NCBI RefSeq assembly: GCF_964188315.1
Contig: NC_135656.1
Coordinates: 121,396,001 to 121,460,000 of the forward strand
DNA from: Podarcis muralis
Taxonomy: Eukaryota
Direction of reading: 5' to 3'
Length of the DNA stretch: 64,000 bases
In this document: piece by piece, positions 62,524 to 64,000 of the stretch
Numbering within the stretch: position 1 is the first letter of the stretch
How the letters are laid out: every line of letters begins with the position of its first letter
Made by a program: the position numbers and the translations under genes
Notes under the pieces: model-generated
Databases searched by the model: none
Told to the model about the DNA's origin: nothing
Seen by the model: the letters and a program-made list of their open reading frames with translations, nothing else

Positions 62524-63550
62524 ATTGTCCTTTGTTTCAGTCCATGCTGAATTCACTCCCATATGCAAGTTCTTTGTGATCTTGATTATCTTCTGTCTAG
62601 GACCATCTGGGTTGGCATAGCAACTGGGCAGGGCTCCTGTGGATGTGCTGGGATGGTGAAGGGATTATGGCTGACCAGAACCAAGCCACCCCCCTGTCAC
62701 CCCCCTTTGATAGTCCTTGTCATATGGAGTAAAATAAAAATGGAACAGTGCAAATCCAATGTATGGTTGATTTTTCTATGAATTTATAACAGAAATGTGG
62801 CGTATGTAGTGTGTGAGTGTGAGTGTGTGTGAAGTTTGTACAAACAGAATGATTGGGGTGGGGGGGGTTCCTGCTACAATTGGTAACTGTTGGGCTGATT
62901 ATATTTATTTTCTCGCCTAATTTTGTTTTCAGTTTATAAATAGGTTCTCAAATTGTATTTCTGTTCTATTCTAAACAATAGCTCAGCTCTTGCCAAGTTT
63001 CCATCACATGTATGCTTTTATTTAAAAGAAATATTTCCATTTTATTTACTGCTTTCCAATCCAGCTCAGCCCCTGGCCTCTCAAGATCTTCCCTCCAAAA
63101 CTTCGGAGGGGCTCCTCTCCACTCCCACTGGTTGCCCCCCATGGCTTTTCTCACCTCTGCAGGTTTGCCAGCTATGCCCCCTTTTGGACAGAGGTGACTT
63201 GGCAACTGCACTCCAGGCTCTGGCAAGTTCCAGGCTGAATAATTGCAATGTCTTCTATACGGGGCTTCCCTGAAAGATGACTCAGAAACTTCCATGGGTC
63301 CAGATCCCCTTGATCCACTTGAACCACATACGGCTTCTGAGTAAATGGTGAATGTCATATCCTTGAGACCACAAGCCCTTTCTTCAGATACACTTTCCTC
63401 CCCTCCTTCCTCTCTCCCCATATTCACACACAGGTACACAGGGATTGTTTATTGTGAATTTATTCCTTAAACTATTAACGTCCATAGTATCTGCATTTTT
63501 GTACTTTTTATCATTCTGCATATAAATATTCAACATTCAATAAACAACTA

Positions 63551-63756
63551 CAGTGGTACCTCGGGTTAAGACCTTAATTTGTTCTGGAGGTCCGTTCTTA
63601 ACCTGAAACTGTTCTTAACCTGAGGTACCACTTTAGCTAATGGGGCCACCCGCTGCCGCCGCCACACAATTTCTGTTTTTAGTTCTTAACCTGAGGTACT
63701 ATTTCTGAGTTAGTGGAGTCTGTAAACTGAAGCATCTGTAACCCGAGGTACCACTG
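63551..63756. mobile_element. Tigger-like MITE, complete
   Basis: TIRs CAGTGGTACCTCGGGTTA / TAACCCGAGGTACCACTG; TA TSD. Confidence 0.88.
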
Positions 63757-64000
63757 TATTTTTTTAAAAGGCAGTTTTCTTCATTTTCTTCCTAAAATGG
63801 AGCTGTTTACTGCATTAATTCTGCCCTGTTCCAAAAGTTTTCATGAAAGCTTTCAGGAAAGCTATGAAGAATTTGCATGACTAGAAGTGCCTTAAGATTT
63901 TCAAAATGAAAACACTTAGGGGAACTCAATTTCCCCCTTCCCTTTTTAAAAAAAGATAATCCAATATGGTTAAGAATATCGCATTTTTACTTATTCTATA

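Overview
Vertebrate (not prokaryotic) genomic DNA. The repeat content (Sauria-type SINEs, Bov-B, CR1, L2) and the expanded V2R family suggest a squamate reptile, probably a lacertid lizard; this is an inference. Left half (~0.6-27.2 kb): a vomeronasal type-2 receptor (V2R, class C GPCR) cluster. It holds exons 1-2 of a minus-strand gene that runs off the left edge and two complete six-exon plus-strand genes whose frames stay open across GT-AG junctions (861 and 863 aa as assembled by hand). Right half (~30-64 kb): a rearranged C2H2 zinc-finger paralog cluster with one intact 15-finger exon, one exon cut by a stop codon plus an L1 insertion, and one pseudogene, together with duplicated upstream modules and CpG-rich promoter-like segments. 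The most unusual objects are two related L1-derived elements. Each is complete at both ends and flanked by a perfect target-site duplication, yet has no reverse transcriptase (3.07 kb and 1.92 kb); they are candidate non-autonomous, half-L1-like retroposon families. Other signals: a conserved V2R promoter motif, a perfect 42-bp-arm hairpin, an iterative fold-back repair scar in a CR1, and an L1 fragment bridging an apparent deletion. No CRISPR array and no bona fide tRNA or rRNA gene was seen. All coordinates and alignments were read by eye; no database searches were run.
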